DNA of 64,000 bases from an uncultured Anaerolineaceae bacterium (GTDB taxonomy: Bacteria > Chloroflexota > Anaerolineae > Anaerolineales > Anaerolineaceae). The notes beneath the pieces are model-generated. The model was not told the origin of the DNA. It did no database searches and was given only the letters and a program-made list of their open reading frames with translations. Positions 53,042 to 62,611 of this stretch are shown piece by piece. The position numbers and the translations under genes are program-made. The stretch is taken from the NCBI GenBank assembly GCA_964424115.1, contig CAYRHN010000017.1, positions 16,579 to 80,578 on the forward strand. The letters are read 5' to 3'. How positions within the stretch are numbered: position 1 is the first letter of the stretch; each line of letters opens with the position of its first letter.

Positions 53042-55873
53042 ATGTCTGCGAATAATCCATCCAACCCATCTGGTGCCTCGAAACCTGTAGGACGGCCATC
53101 GCTTATTATCGGACTTGGCGGTACTGGACAATATGCAATTCAAAAATTTCTAAATGAAATCGGCAAAATAAACCAAAATGAAGGCATTAATCGCGACATT
53201 AAACCTTCAAACCTTCTAGTAATCGACACCGACGAAAGGAGCATCAGCGATTGGTTGCAGGAGTCAATCGAATCATCTCCAAAAAAACGCCGCGAAAATT
53301 ACCAAAAACCTAAAGCACGTATGACTATTCAAACGGCGCTCCAGGAATACCCCCTGCTGGTAGTTTTGGGAGACCCAGGTTCTGGCAAAACCACTTTGCT
53401 AAAATACATAACCCTTTGTTATGCCGAAAACAAGCTGGATCAATTAGGCGCTCAACGCAGGCGCCTGCCAATTTTTGTGCGATTGTATGATTACATTTCA
53501 CGCCGCTCCCAACAACAAAATAATTACTCCTTGGTAGATTATCTTTATACCCAGGCGCATGATAAATATATTCTCAACTTGCCACCGGGTTTTTTTGAAG
53601 ACGCGTTAACCAAAGGCGAATGTTGTCTATGCTTGGACGGGTTGGATGAGTTGGGTTCGCTGGACTTACGTCATGAAATGGTTGAAAGCATTCAAGCCCT
53701 GGCAACACGTTTTCCACGCAATCAATTTATCATTACCTCGCGTATTGTGGGCTACAGCGAAGCACCATTAAACAGCAAGATATTTACCCATTTAACCGTA
53801 TTGCCGTTTAGCGATGAGGATATTCAAAATTTTGTTCGAAAATGGTACTGGGCCCGCGAACCCGACCATGCGCAAGCTGAAGAATCTGCGCAATCGCTGA
53901 TCAAAACCATTCTAGAAGAACCGCGCATCAAGTTGCTGGCCACCAATCCATTGATGTTAACCATCATTGCCCTGGTACATCGAATTGAAGCCCAGCTCCC
54001 CAATGAACGAGTTAAGTTGTATGAAAAATGTGTTACTACTTTGGTGGATACCTGGTACCAAGCCAAAGGCATCAAATACCAAGATCAGCAGCGCCCCGCT
54101 TATATTTTCCGATATCGTTTCTTGGAATGGTTGGCTTATTGGATGCATTCGCAAGTAACCAGTTCGCGCCAAGCATATGAAATTCAAGAACATGAATTGG
54201 AAGACCTATTGGCAGGCTTTTTATTGGCTGAAACCACCTTGAATATCGGTAAGGAAAAAGCGCGCCAGGAAGTGCGCCATTTTGTGGAAACAGTTAAATC
54301 GCGCACCGGACTGTTGATCGAACGCGGCGAAAAGCTATACTCTTTCACCCATCTGACCTTTCAAGAATATATGGCGGCAGGTGAGATCGTAAAAAGATTT
54401 GATGAGTATTTTGAGAAAGAAAAGTGCTGGGCCGAGTTGGAGCCGCACCTGCATGAAGCTCATTGGCGTGAAGTAATCTTATTAGTATTAGGGCGATTAA
54501 ACACCCGAACAACGCTCACTACCTTTTTGGTAACAAAAATTCTTGATTATCCTGAACCAGAGGAAAAACTGCGCTATGCCAACTTGTTGTTGGCAGCCCG
54601 GATACTGGCAGACCACATAGCTGTAGATTTTGCCTTGAAAGAACGGATCTGGCATGAATTGGTTTTGTTAATGCGCATTAGTCCGGCAATTGCTGATCAG
54701 ATAATAACTCTTCTAATGCAATTTAAGGGCGAAGACGAAATCAAAACCATTATCTCCTTATTGGTTAAGTCCCTTCAGGATAATTCGATTTCTTCCAGTA
54801 TCCATTATCAAATATTATTTGCTTTCTATCAAAATAATATAACTGATCCACGTTTAAAACCGGTCCTGCAATCCATCATTTCCGAACCATCCCGTGAACC
54901 AGCCCTTCGAGCAGTTGCTGCATATATTTGGGGCGTCAAATATGATCTAACTGTAGCTCAACAGGAATTGACCGCAATTATTAAAGATCAGACTCTTCCC
55001 ATGGATGTATGCGGGATTGGTCTGGAATTTTTGGCCCAGTTAGGGAATCCAAGCCGATTGGTAATCGTCGAACTGGAAAAAATCTTGCGCAATCCGGTCT
55101 ATTCCAGCCGTATTCGATGCGCAATAGCAGTAGCCCTGATCCAATTAGGTCAGTTAAGTACTGGTTTGAAAGCATTGCAAAAACTTGCCATCACGCGTGC
55201 ACAGCCCACACCGGTCCGTGAACTGGCAATTAAGGCAATGGGAGCATACGGTAAGAACGATGTCGAGACCGGGCGGTCTCTTCTTTTGATGGCGGGAAAT
55301 AAACAAACTGAACTTGATTTGCGTATCGCCTGCTGTGAGGCGCTAGCCACGAATAATCAAACTGAAGCAGTGGTTTTAGTTTTGGACGGGATAACCAAGA
55401 AACAAGGCATAAAACCTGCTCAAATCATGCGGTTGGTTAGTATATTTGAAAGTCTTAAAGATACACAACGGACAATTAAGTATGTCTCGGAGCTAATGGA
55501 GGATAAGAAACTTCCGATCGAAACTCGCTGTTGGGCTGTACAGGTGCTGGTTAGACTAAACGAAACCGATCGGGCAGTTATTATCTTGAAGGCGCTTGAA
55601 AAGAAAGTTTTTCTTAGAGCGCAAGAAAAAATAGCCATTGCCAAGGCGTATATATCCATGAGCTATTTCGATCAAGCTTATTCGATTCTCTATAGTGTTG
55701 CCAATAACTCCTCCGCCAAGGATAAAGAACGCCTGGATGCAGTAGAATTACTTACCCGCATTGGCAGAGACGAGGGCATGGAAACGGTGCGGGCCGAAAT
55801 CTTTACCCGCTATAACCATTTGCGGTCAGGCGATAACGCAGAAACGCTCACCATAGGACAGGAAACCGAATGA
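53042..55873 (+). CDS. NACHT-domain STAND NTPase with C-terminal HEAT/ARM-like repeats (bNACHT/Avs-like)
   Basis: Walker A is LLVVLGDPGSGKTTLL and Walker B is CCLCLDGLDEL. NACHT downstream blocks are ITSR and LATNPLMLTIIAL. The C-terminal roughly 450 aa are helical repeats. Confidence 0.85.
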   Translation: MSANNPSNPSGASKPVGRPSLIIGLGGTGQYAIQKFLNEIGKINQNEGINRDIKPSNLLVIDTDERSISDWLQESIESSPKKRRENYQKPKARMTIQTALQEYPLLVVLGDPGSGKTTLLKYITLCYAENKLDQLGAQRRRLPIFVRLYDYISRRSQQQNNYSLVDYLYTQAHDKYILNLPPGFFEDALTKGECCLCLDGLDELGSLDLRHEMVESIQALATRFPRNQFIITSRIVGYSEAPLNSKIFTHLTVLPFSDEDIQNFVRKWYWAREPDHAQAEESAQSLIKTILEEPRIKLLATNPLMLTIIALVHRIEAQLPNERVKLYEKCVTTLVDTWYQAKGIKYQDQQRPAYIFRYRFLEWLAYWMHSQVTSSRQAYEIQEHELEDLLAGFLLAETTLNIGKEKARQEVRHFVETVKSRTGLLIERGEKLYSFTHLTFQEYMAAGEIVKRFDEYFEKEKCWAELEPHLHEAHWREVILLVLGRLNTRTTLTTFLVTKILDYPEPEEKLRYANLLLAARILADHIAVDFALKERIWHELVLLMRISPAIADQIITLLMQFKGEDEIKTIISLLVKSLQDNSISSSIHYQILFAFYQNNITDPRLKPVLQSIISEPSREPALRAVAAYIWGVKYDLTVAQQELTAIIKDQTLPMDVCGIGLEFLAQLGNPSRLVIVELEKILRNPVYSSRIRCAIAVALIQLGQLSTGLKALQKLAITRAQPTPVRELAIKAMGAYGKNDVETGRSLLLMAGNKQTELDLRIACCEALATNNQTEAVVLVLDGITKKQGIKPAQIMRLVSIFESLKDTQRTIKYVSELMEDKKLPIETRCWAVQVLVRLNETDRAVIILKALEKKVFLRAQEKIAIAKAYISMSYFDQAYSILYSVANNSSAKDKERLDAVELLTRIGRDEGMETVRAEIFTRYNHLRSGDNAETLTIGQETE

Positions 55874-58788
55874 TCTCTTCAGAATACTTGGCCGTACAAA
55901 AGCCTTTGATACGTTATGCCCGTGAAGCGGGTTGGACTTACCTTTCCCCAGATGATATTATGCGCCTACGTGGCGGGGAAGAACGCATACTTTTGGGAGA
56001 AATCTTCGTCAAACAGGCTCAACAACTTAATCCAAGTATTATAGATTTAGGGCGCGCGGAAGAACTGCGCAAACAGTTGGAACGGCTGAAGCCCTCCATA
56101 GAAGGCAACCAGGACGCCTGGGAATACCTGCGTGGCCTGAAGACTATCTTTGTCCCAGAACAAAGACGCGAATTAAATATCTCGCTGTTGGATGCACTGC
56201 ATTGGCAGAGTAACACATTTCATGTCACCGATGAATTTTCCTTCACCAATGGCAAATACCGCATCCGCCAGGATGTGGCCTTCTTCATAAATGGCATCCC
56301 AGTGCTGATGGTAGAAACCAAGGCTGCCACCAAATTGGAAGGTATTGCCGAAGCTTTTGAACAGGTGCGCCGTTACCACCGCGAAGGACCAGAATTGCTT
56401 TCCCTGCAACAAATTTTTACCCTCACCCATCTGGTTCAATATTATTATGGGGCCACCTGGAATTTATCGCGCAAAAATTTATATAACTGGCGTGATGAGC
56501 AGGCTGGGGTAGATTATGAAACGCTAGTTAAAACCTTCCTTGCCCCTCAACGCATGGTGCGTGTTCTGGCAGATTTCATCCTTTTCACCCGCCAGGATGA
56601 CCAACTCAGCAAGATCATCCTGCGTCCACACCAAATGCGCGCTGTGGAGCGCGCCGTACAACGCGCTGCCGATCCGCAAAAGCGCCGTGGCCTGGTCTGG
56701 CATACCCAAGGTTCTGGTAAAACTTTCACCATGATCACCATTGCTAAAAAACTGCTGGAAGAGCCACATTTTCAAAACCCCACCGTCTTGATGTTGGTTG
56801 ACCGCAATGAGCTGGAAACCCAGCTTTTTGGCAATTTAAGAGCTGCTGGATTTGAGTACGCCACCATTGCACGTTCCAAAGATCATCTAGTGGAACTGCT
56901 TGCTCAGGATCAGCGCGGCCTGATCGTCAGCATGATCCACAAATTTGATGACATTCCCGCCAATGTCAACCTGCGCAAAAATTTCATAGTCCTGGTGGAT
57001 GAAGCGCATCGCACAACCGGTGGTGATTTGGGAAATTACCTTATGGGGGCTTTACCCAATGCTACCTATCTTGGTTTTACCGGCACGCCAATTGATCACA
57101 GCGCCAAAGGTCAGGGCACTTTTAAAGTCTTTGGCCGCGACGATCCCAAAGGATACCTGGATAAATATAGTATCCAGGAGAGCATCAGTGATGGCACCAC
57201 CGTTCCCCTGCATTACACCCTGGCCCCCAATGAACTACGCGTAGACCGAGAAACTCTGGAACGTGAATTTCTTACCCTCAAAGAAACAGAGGGCGTCAGT
57301 GATATTGAAGAGCTAAACCGCATATTGGACAAAGCAGTCACCTTACGCAATATGCTCAAGAATCTTGATCGTATGACACGCATTGCTGCCTACATCGCCA
57401 ATCACTACCGCGAGGTAGTAGAGCCAATGGGCTACAAAGCATTCCTGGTAGCAGTTGACCGTGAAGCCTGTGCGCGGTACAAGGAATTGCTGGATAAAGT
57501 ACTTCCCCCTGAATACTCCGAAGTGGTATACAGCCCAGCGCACAATGACAGCGAAGATCTGGCGCGATATCATCTCTCCGAAGATCAAGAAAAGCAGGTT
57601 CGTAAGGATTTTCGCAACCCAGAGAAGCTGCCAAAAATTTTGATTGTCACCGAGAAATTACTCACCGGATTCGATGCCCCGGTTTTATATTGCATGTACC
57701 TGGATAAACCGATGCGTGACCATGTTTTGCTGCAAGCCATCGCACGCGTGAATCGACCGTACGAAAACGAATTTGGGCATCCCAAACCGGCCGGGTTTGT
57801 GTTGGATTTTGTTGGCATCTTTGAAAAACTTGAACAAGCCCTGGCCTTCGACAGCCAGGATGTGCAAGGAGCGCTGGCTGATCTGGATAAGCTCAAAGCA
57901 CGCTTTGCGACATTGATGCAAACCGCGCGTGACGAACCGCTGAAGCTGGTTGGATTCTATGACTCGCCAGATAAGGTGATCGAGAAAATTCTGGAACATT
58001 TCCGCGACGAGGAAATCCGCCACACTTTTTATCACTTCTTCAAAGAACTCGAAACGCTATACGAGATAATTTCACCAGACCCCGACTTACGTCCATTCTT
58101 GCACGATTACAACCAGGTGGCGCGTATGTATGCATTACTACGCTCCGCCTATGACAGCTTATTCATTGATCATGAATTAACTAGGAAAACTGCCGAATTG
58201 GTGCAAAAGAACACGGAAAGCGGAAACATCCAGGAAAGCATGGAAGTGTATGAGATCAATGAGCACCTTCTGGAAAAGCTGAATGCAGAAAGCAAGCCCG
58301 ATACAGTCAAGGTCTTCAACCTGCTTAAAAGCATTGCCGATATTGTCGATAAAAAGATGACTCAGGCCCCATACTTGGTTTCAATTGGTGAACGCGCCGA
58401 GGCAATTGCCCAGGCCTACCAACAGCGCCAGCTAGATACCCAGGAAGCCCTGCACCATCTTGAGGAATTGATCAACGAGGTCAACCAGGCCGAACGCGAA
58501 CGCGCCGCCACCTCACTAACTCCTATCGCTTTCACCGTGTATTACTTGTTGCGCAAAGCTGAGCGCGCTGAACCGGAACAACAAGCAATCCAAATGGCGG
58601 AAATCTTCAGCCGTTATCCGTATTATCGCTCCAACCCGGCCCAGGAACGTTCCGCAAAGCAAGAACTATACCGCGTTTTGATCCAGGCGGATACTGCAGC
58701 AGGTAAAACGCCGGACATTGAGACATTGAAAATTTTGGTGGATCAAATCTTTGCCGTTTCCATCCGCACCGGGAGTTCCCACGCATGA
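55870..58788 (+). CDS. hsdR: Type I restriction enzyme R subunit HsdR (SF2 helicase/translocase plus nuclease)
   Basis: Motif I is HTQGSGKTFTM and motif II is VLVDEAHRT. Further blocks are GFTGTP and QAIARVNR. The N-terminal nuclease region is DVAFFINGIPVLMVETK. The start overlaps the NACHT stop (ATGA). Confidence 0.9.
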   Translation: MISSEYLAVQKPLIRYAREAGWTYLSPDDIMRLRGGEERILLGEIFVKQAQQLNPSIIDLGRAEELRKQLERLKPSIEGNQDAWEYLRGLKTIFVPEQRRELNISLLDALHWQSNTFHVTDEFSFTNGKYRIRQDVAFFINGIPVLMVETKAATKLEGIAEAFEQVRRYHREGPELLSLQQIFTLTHLVQYYYGATWNLSRKNLYNWRDEQAGVDYETLVKTFLAPQRMVRVLADFILFTRQDDQLSKIILRPHQMRAVERAVQRAADPQKRRGLVWHTQGSGKTFTMITIAKKLLEEPHFQNPTVLMLVDRNELETQLFGNLRAAGFEYATIARSKDHLVELLAQDQRGLIVSMIHKFDDIPANVNLRKNFIVLVDEAHRTTGGDLGNYLMGALPNATYLGFTGTPIDHSAKGQGTFKVFGRDDPKGYLDKYSIQESISDGTTVPLHYTLAPNELRVDRETLEREFLTLKETEGVSDIEELNRILDKAVTLRNMLKNLDRMTRIAAYIANHYREVVEPMGYKAFLVAVDREACARYKELLDKVLPPEYSEVVYSPAHNDSEDLARYHLSEDQEKQVRKDFRNPEKLPKILIVTEKLLTGFDAPVLYCMYLDKPMRDHVLLQAIARVNRPYENEFGHPKPAGFVLDFVGIFEKLEQALAFDSQDVQGALADLDKLKARFATLMQTARDEPLKLVGFYDSPDKVIEKILEHFRDEEIRHTFYHFFKELETLYEIISPDPDLRPFLHDYNQVARMYALLRSAYDSLFIDHELTRKTAELVQKNTESGNIQESMEVYEINEHLLEKLNAESKPDTVKVFNLLKSIADIVDKKMTQAPYLVSIGERAEAIAQAYQQRQLDTQEALHHLEELINEVNQAERERAATSLTPIAFTVYYLLRKAERAEPEQQAIQMAEIFSRYPYYRSNPAQERSAKQELYRVLIQADTAAGKTPDIETLKILVDQIFAVSIRTGSSHA

Positions 58789-59096
58789 CCGAAATTGACG
58801 AGAAAGACTCCCTGCCCCTGGCGCTAGAGCAAATCGTTCCAGCGGAATTGTTTAAAGCCGAAGTGCGCGCCATGGCTGCTAAAATGGGAGTTGAACCGCA
58901 ATCCATCACCCTGCGCGCGATGAAACGCAAATGGGCCAGCTGCTCCAGCAAAGGAAACCTGACCTTTGATCTGGATCTATTGCGCCAGCCTGCTAATTTT
59001 AGGCGCAAAGTAATCGTGCATGAACTGCTGCACTTGAAAGTTCCAAACCACGGGAAACTATTCAAGGCTATGGAAGCGATGTATTTGGCCGAGTGA
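58785..59096 (+). CDS. short YgjP/DUF45-type (M48-like) metallopeptidase-motif protein
   Basis: The HExxH motif is in VIVHELLHLKVPNHG. It overlaps the hsdR stop (ATGA). At 103 aa it appears to be only the C-terminal part of the usual roughly 230-aa family. Confidence 0.55.
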   Translation: MTEIDEKDSLPLALEQIVPAELFKAEVRAMAAKMGVEPQSITLRAMKRKWASCSSKGNLTFDLDLLRQPANFRRKVIVHELLHLKVPNHGKLFKAMEAMYLAE

Positions 59097-59108
59097 AGGA
59101 GAAAGATT

Positions 59109-59429
59109 ATGAATGTCTGGAATGAATTGAAAAAGTTGGAAGGGCAAGAATTAGCCACATTGGACCGTGGACGCAGGTTTAAGGTGGAGAATGTCATTTC
59201 GCCCAAATTGGTTGTTTTGTTCTTATTCATACCGCAAAACAGCCGTTTAATTCAAGCTCCAGAAATCGAGGGGGCGTTCAAGGAACTAGAAAGAGAAAAA
59301 ACAATCACAAGAGGGATAATTCAAGAGAAATTTGCGCCGCGTAACTCTGCGTATGTGGCTGCCCTGCTTGCGGAATTGCCAAATGTCGAATATTCTCTCA
59401 ATCCGATTGCCTTACACTTAACCAAATAA
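59109..59429 (+). CDS. hypothetical small protein, last gene of the R-M operon
   Basis: The ORF starts 12 nt after the previous stop and is preceded by GGAGAAAG. No motif was recognised. Confidence 0.4.
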   Translation: MNVWNELKKLEGQELATLDRGRRFKVENVISPKLVVLFLFIPQNSRLIQAPEIEGAFKELEREKTITRGIIQEKFAPRNSAYVAALLAELPNVEYSLNPIALHLTK

Positions 59430-59434
59430 CAATT

Positions 59435-60214
59435 CTACTTCTTCCCATTCTTCCGATACAATCCCTCCGCCTCCAGGTCCTTAAAATCCTGCGTGATCGT
59501 CTGCCGGGAAACGTCCAATCGGCGACCATATTCGACATTGGTCAGGCTGGGATTCTGCTTAATCATGTCAAGTAATTGACGTCGCCGCGCTTTACGTTTT
59601 GCCTCTCGACCCGCCTGCAAACGCGCCTGATCTGCGTCAGACAACCCGTTATTTGACACTATTGTTTGACGGTCGGGATCAAGTGGATCAGTCACAATTT
59701 GACGTCTCATTTGACGCGCTTCTTGACGCGCTGCTTTACGGTCCTCGCGTTCCATGTTGATTGCCGCTAACCGGTGCCAGTGGCTGCGCCGCAGCGCTAC
59801 AACCATCGCGGCGGTTAAAGTCAATACAGGGAGCAAAAGTACTGCCAAATGTTTGGCATCCGGAATTACATCGAACAACACTGTGAGCAAAATGATACTG
59901 GCCAGGTAAACCACTACCGCTGCGATGGCCAGCTTCACTGGTGCTGGTTCGTTGCTTTTATGGCGTGTGCGGTTGTATTCCCACAATCTCAGCGCAACAT
60001 TGATCGAGGCGATCCCCAATGATTCGACGATCACGGCCATGATGACACCCAGCCACGGATCCCATGCTAAAAGCTTGACCGTCGCGCGGGCGATCAACAC
60101 AGCCGAGGGCAGCGGGGTGAGCCACGGCATCACACCAATAACCGCATCAATGAGGAAATCCTCCACCGCGCCTGCCGACTCCTTTACTCTGTTAAGTTTA
60201 TTTCCCAATCCCAT
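59435..60214 (-). CDS. membrane protein (about 4 TM helices) with a C-terminal helix-turn-helix domain
   Basis: N-terminal hydrophobic helices are followed by a charged linker and then LLDMIKQNPSLTNVEYGRRLDVSRQTITQDFKDLEAEGLY (a wHTH-like pattern). It lies 10 nt downstream of tniQ. Confidence 0.55.
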   Translation of the reverse strand: MGLGNKLNRVKESAGAVEDFLIDAVIGVMPWLTPLPSAVLIARATVKLLAWDPWLGVIMAVIVESLGIASINVALRLWEYNRTRHKSNEPAPVKLAIAAVVVYLASIILLTVLFDVIPDAKHLAVLLLPVLTLTAAMVVALRRSHWHRLAAINMEREDRKAARQEARQMRRQIVTDPLDPDRQTIVSNNGLSDADQARLQAGREAKRKARRRQLLDMIKQNPSLTNVEYGRRLDVSRQTITQDFKDLEAEGLYRKNGKK

Positions 60215-60224
60215 AAGACCTCCT

Positions 60225-61286
60225 CTATAAATCGGATACTAATCGCTTTACTTTCGAATACTGTAATAGAATCGTCTCCGGTATACCAGTCAGACCCACA
60301 ATAGATTCCATTGTGACTTTGATATTTCTTTGTCTCTGCGCTCGGATGAGACTGCTGATTTTGAAATAAAGGTCATTTTCTTTTCGTGAGATGTTATTCC
60401 CACGACTTGATAATCGATGATGTTCCCTTGGATTCAATCTGATTTGAAACAAATCTCGAAGCGTGATTCCAATTGCGTAAACGTATCGAATATAATCTTG
60501 AAAACAAATATCTTTCGCGTTAAGGATGCCGCATTCCAATAAAGTTAATGTGGCTGGGGGTAAGCCTAATGGGTCAGTGAGCGTAAGGTTATTCACATTC
60601 ATCAACATCCGCGCTTGATACAATTGCATTCCAATACGTTCACGAATCATCTCAACAGGTACCATCTCGATCTGGTTGGGGCGAAGAATGAACTCCAAAT
60701 CCAACCGCACCTGATGGCATCGGGCTATTTCCTCTAAGGTTAGCTCCTCCACCGGAGAATTCTCCAGATGAAATTCACAGGTGGGACATTTCCCAACTTC
60801 TGGAGGCAAACGCCAACTAACCAGTGGAATATATGCATTGCAATTTGAGCAACTATTCACCATGCGGCAACCATGCAAATCGCATCCGATCAATTCTTTG
60901 AAACGCCAGGTCAATCGATAATACATTTTTTCCGACAAGCAACGCGGGCAAAAATAAAGTGTGGGATGAAGAGCGCTGGAAAGGAAAGGGCGTAGCGCCT
61001 TACCGGCAATCCCGCGTCCAAAATTGGTCGCCAGGTAGTGAAAGGTCGTTTGCCGCAAATCCTCTTCTGTAAGATTTAACTGTTTGCTCAAACTGCAGTA
61101 CGGCTCTCGCGGATAATCATCTAAATGCCTTAGCGAGGTTGGATTTTTGTTGCATAACAACCAGTAAGTAATTTCCCTTATACTGTCCATCTCCTCATCT
61201 TTTGCCTCTCGTTGAATATAGCTTGAAAACGATTCAAACGGTTGGGGTTTTAAGTGACCCGCTACAACATCAAATACAAGCGACAT
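60225..61286 (-). CDS. tniQ: TniQ-family transposition target-selection protein
   Basis: The N-terminal LKPQPFESFSSYIQREAK matches the TniQ pattern. Cys clusters are CPRCLSE.. and CSNCNAY..CPTCEF. It follows tniB. Confidence 0.7.
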   Translation of the reverse strand: MSLVFDVVAGHLKPQPFESFSSYIQREAKDEEMDSIREITYWLLCNKNPTSLRHLDDYPREPYCSLSKQLNLTEEDLRQTTFHYLATNFGRGIAGKALRPFLSSALHPTLYFCPRCLSEKMYYRLTWRFKELIGCDLHGCRMVNSCSNCNAYIPLVSWRLPPEVGKCPTCEFHLENSPVEELTLEEIARCHQVRLDLEFILRPNQIEMVPVEMIRERIGMQLYQARMLMNVNNLTLTDPLGLPPATLTLLECGILNAKDICFQDYIRYVYAIGITLRDLFQIRLNPREHHRLSSRGNNISRKENDLYFKISSLIRAQRQRNIKVTMESIVGLTGIPETILLQYSKVKRLVSDL

Positions 61287-61390
61287 AGGGGAATTTTCTG
61301 CTCCTATTTATCCAAGATAAGTGGCTGGCAAAAACCCGAGGCGCGGGTGATTTTTTAGCGCTATTCACCGCAAGAAAACAGCCCCAACAT

Positions 61391-62611
61391 TTAACTACCA
61401 TGCAACCAGGCCTTTCTTAAAATCTCCATAGTGATACAGTTAAAATTACCGTTAAAGGCCTGATCACAAGCATCCCTCAGAAGCGTCATCATGGGACGTA
61501 AAGTTCCTCCAGTTACCTTCTCAATGAATTCTGCAGGCCCTTCCTCTAGCCGATTATTCTTGATAATGGTGCGATCTGAAAGATGCGAAGATCCCGTAAG
61601 TGGTAAAAACAGTTCCACATAATCTAAAAAAGCATCTAGACCATCTCCTTCAAATGGATGTAAATCAATTTGAGTAGGCCAACGCCCGGCTATCTCAGAA
61701 TCTCCATGCGTGAATTTCTCAGGATCACAAGAAGCAACTGCAATGCACAGATTGGGGAGATGATTGGTCAGCTCTAATATTTTTCGTCGAACACTATGTT
61801 TAACCATGTGCTCAATTTCATCAATGATCAGCATTTGCACCCTACACTTTTTCATGTAAGTCAGCGCCTTTCTGAACAGACTATCCTCTTTATCTGACAC
61901 AAAAAAAGTTTTGCCGCACGATTGAATGATCTTCTGATAGATCTCTTTTGCATTTCGCGGTTCTATAGGAGAGTCAATTTTGATAACCGGGATAACGTTA
62001 TATTCGAAATCAACATATGCGGGGGTCTGGTTTACTCGCCAATTAAAAAAGGTGGTTTTTCCCATTCCCGAAAGCCCTCCCAACATAAAATTTCTGGAGT
62101 GACCTAAATATTTATCCCGAAGAAGAAAATCGATCTTCTTGTTGATACGTTGTAATTCCGGCGTCATCACAAAATATAACTGGTTCATCCAAAGTCTTTT
62201 TTCCCGAATCGTCAAGCCCCTATACTGATCCCTCATTTCCACAAAATAGTTCTCATTAATCACCTGTGGGTCTATGACAATCGGAATGGGATTCTTGAAT
62301 ACATGGATCTGCTCTTGATAGGAGACCAGTTGCGCTATTAATTGAAAATCTTGCGGAGTTTCCTTCAATCTAAAAATGCGATTATCCAGTTCTTGGTTTT
62401 GTGCTTGCCAATTCGATTCCCAGACTTGAAGTTCCTCTAAACGTTTACGCACATCAATTACTCCCTTTTCGAGACGGTAGTATTGCCTTATATTCTCAGA
62501 AGATCCTACAACAGGTTCGTCCACATCAACTCCAATTTCAGTCTTCCTCAACAATTTGTTGTAGATAATTCTTAAGCCTTGAAACGGTAGGATTGATTGA
62601 CTCCATAGCAT
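61391..62611 (-). CDS. tniB: TniB/TnsC-like AAA+ transposition ATPase
   Basis: Walker A is GGLSGMGKTTFF and Walker B is MLIIDEIEHM. The annotated start overlaps the transposase gene by 74 nt, so the true start is uncertain. Confidence 0.75.
   Translation of the reverse strand: MLWSQSILPFQGLRIIYNKLLRKTEIGVDVDEPVVGSSENIRQYYRLEKGVIDVRKRLEELQVWESNWQAQNQELDNRIFRLKETPQDFQLIAQLVSYQEQIHVFKNPIPIVIDPQVINENYFVEMRDQYRGLTIREKRLWMNQLYFVMTPELQRINKKIDFLLRDKYLGHSRNFMLGGLSGMGKTTFFNWRVNQTPAYVDFEYNVIPVIKIDSPIEPRNAKEIYQKIIQSCGKTFFVSDKEDSLFRKALTYMKKCRVQMLIIDEIEHMVKHSVRRKILELTNHLPNLCIAVASCDPEKFTHGDSEIAGRWPTQIDLHPFEGDGLDAFLDYVELFLPLTGSSHLSDRTIIKNNRLEEGPAEFIEKVTGGTLRPMMTLLRDACDQAFNGNFNCITMEILRKAWLHGS

Noticed and set aside
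62538-62611. 74-nt overlap between the tniB ORF start and the transposase ORF end, as a possible programmed frameshift or fusion
   Set aside because: It is more simply explained by the ORF caller choosing the most upstream start for tniB. I could not identify a slippery sequence.
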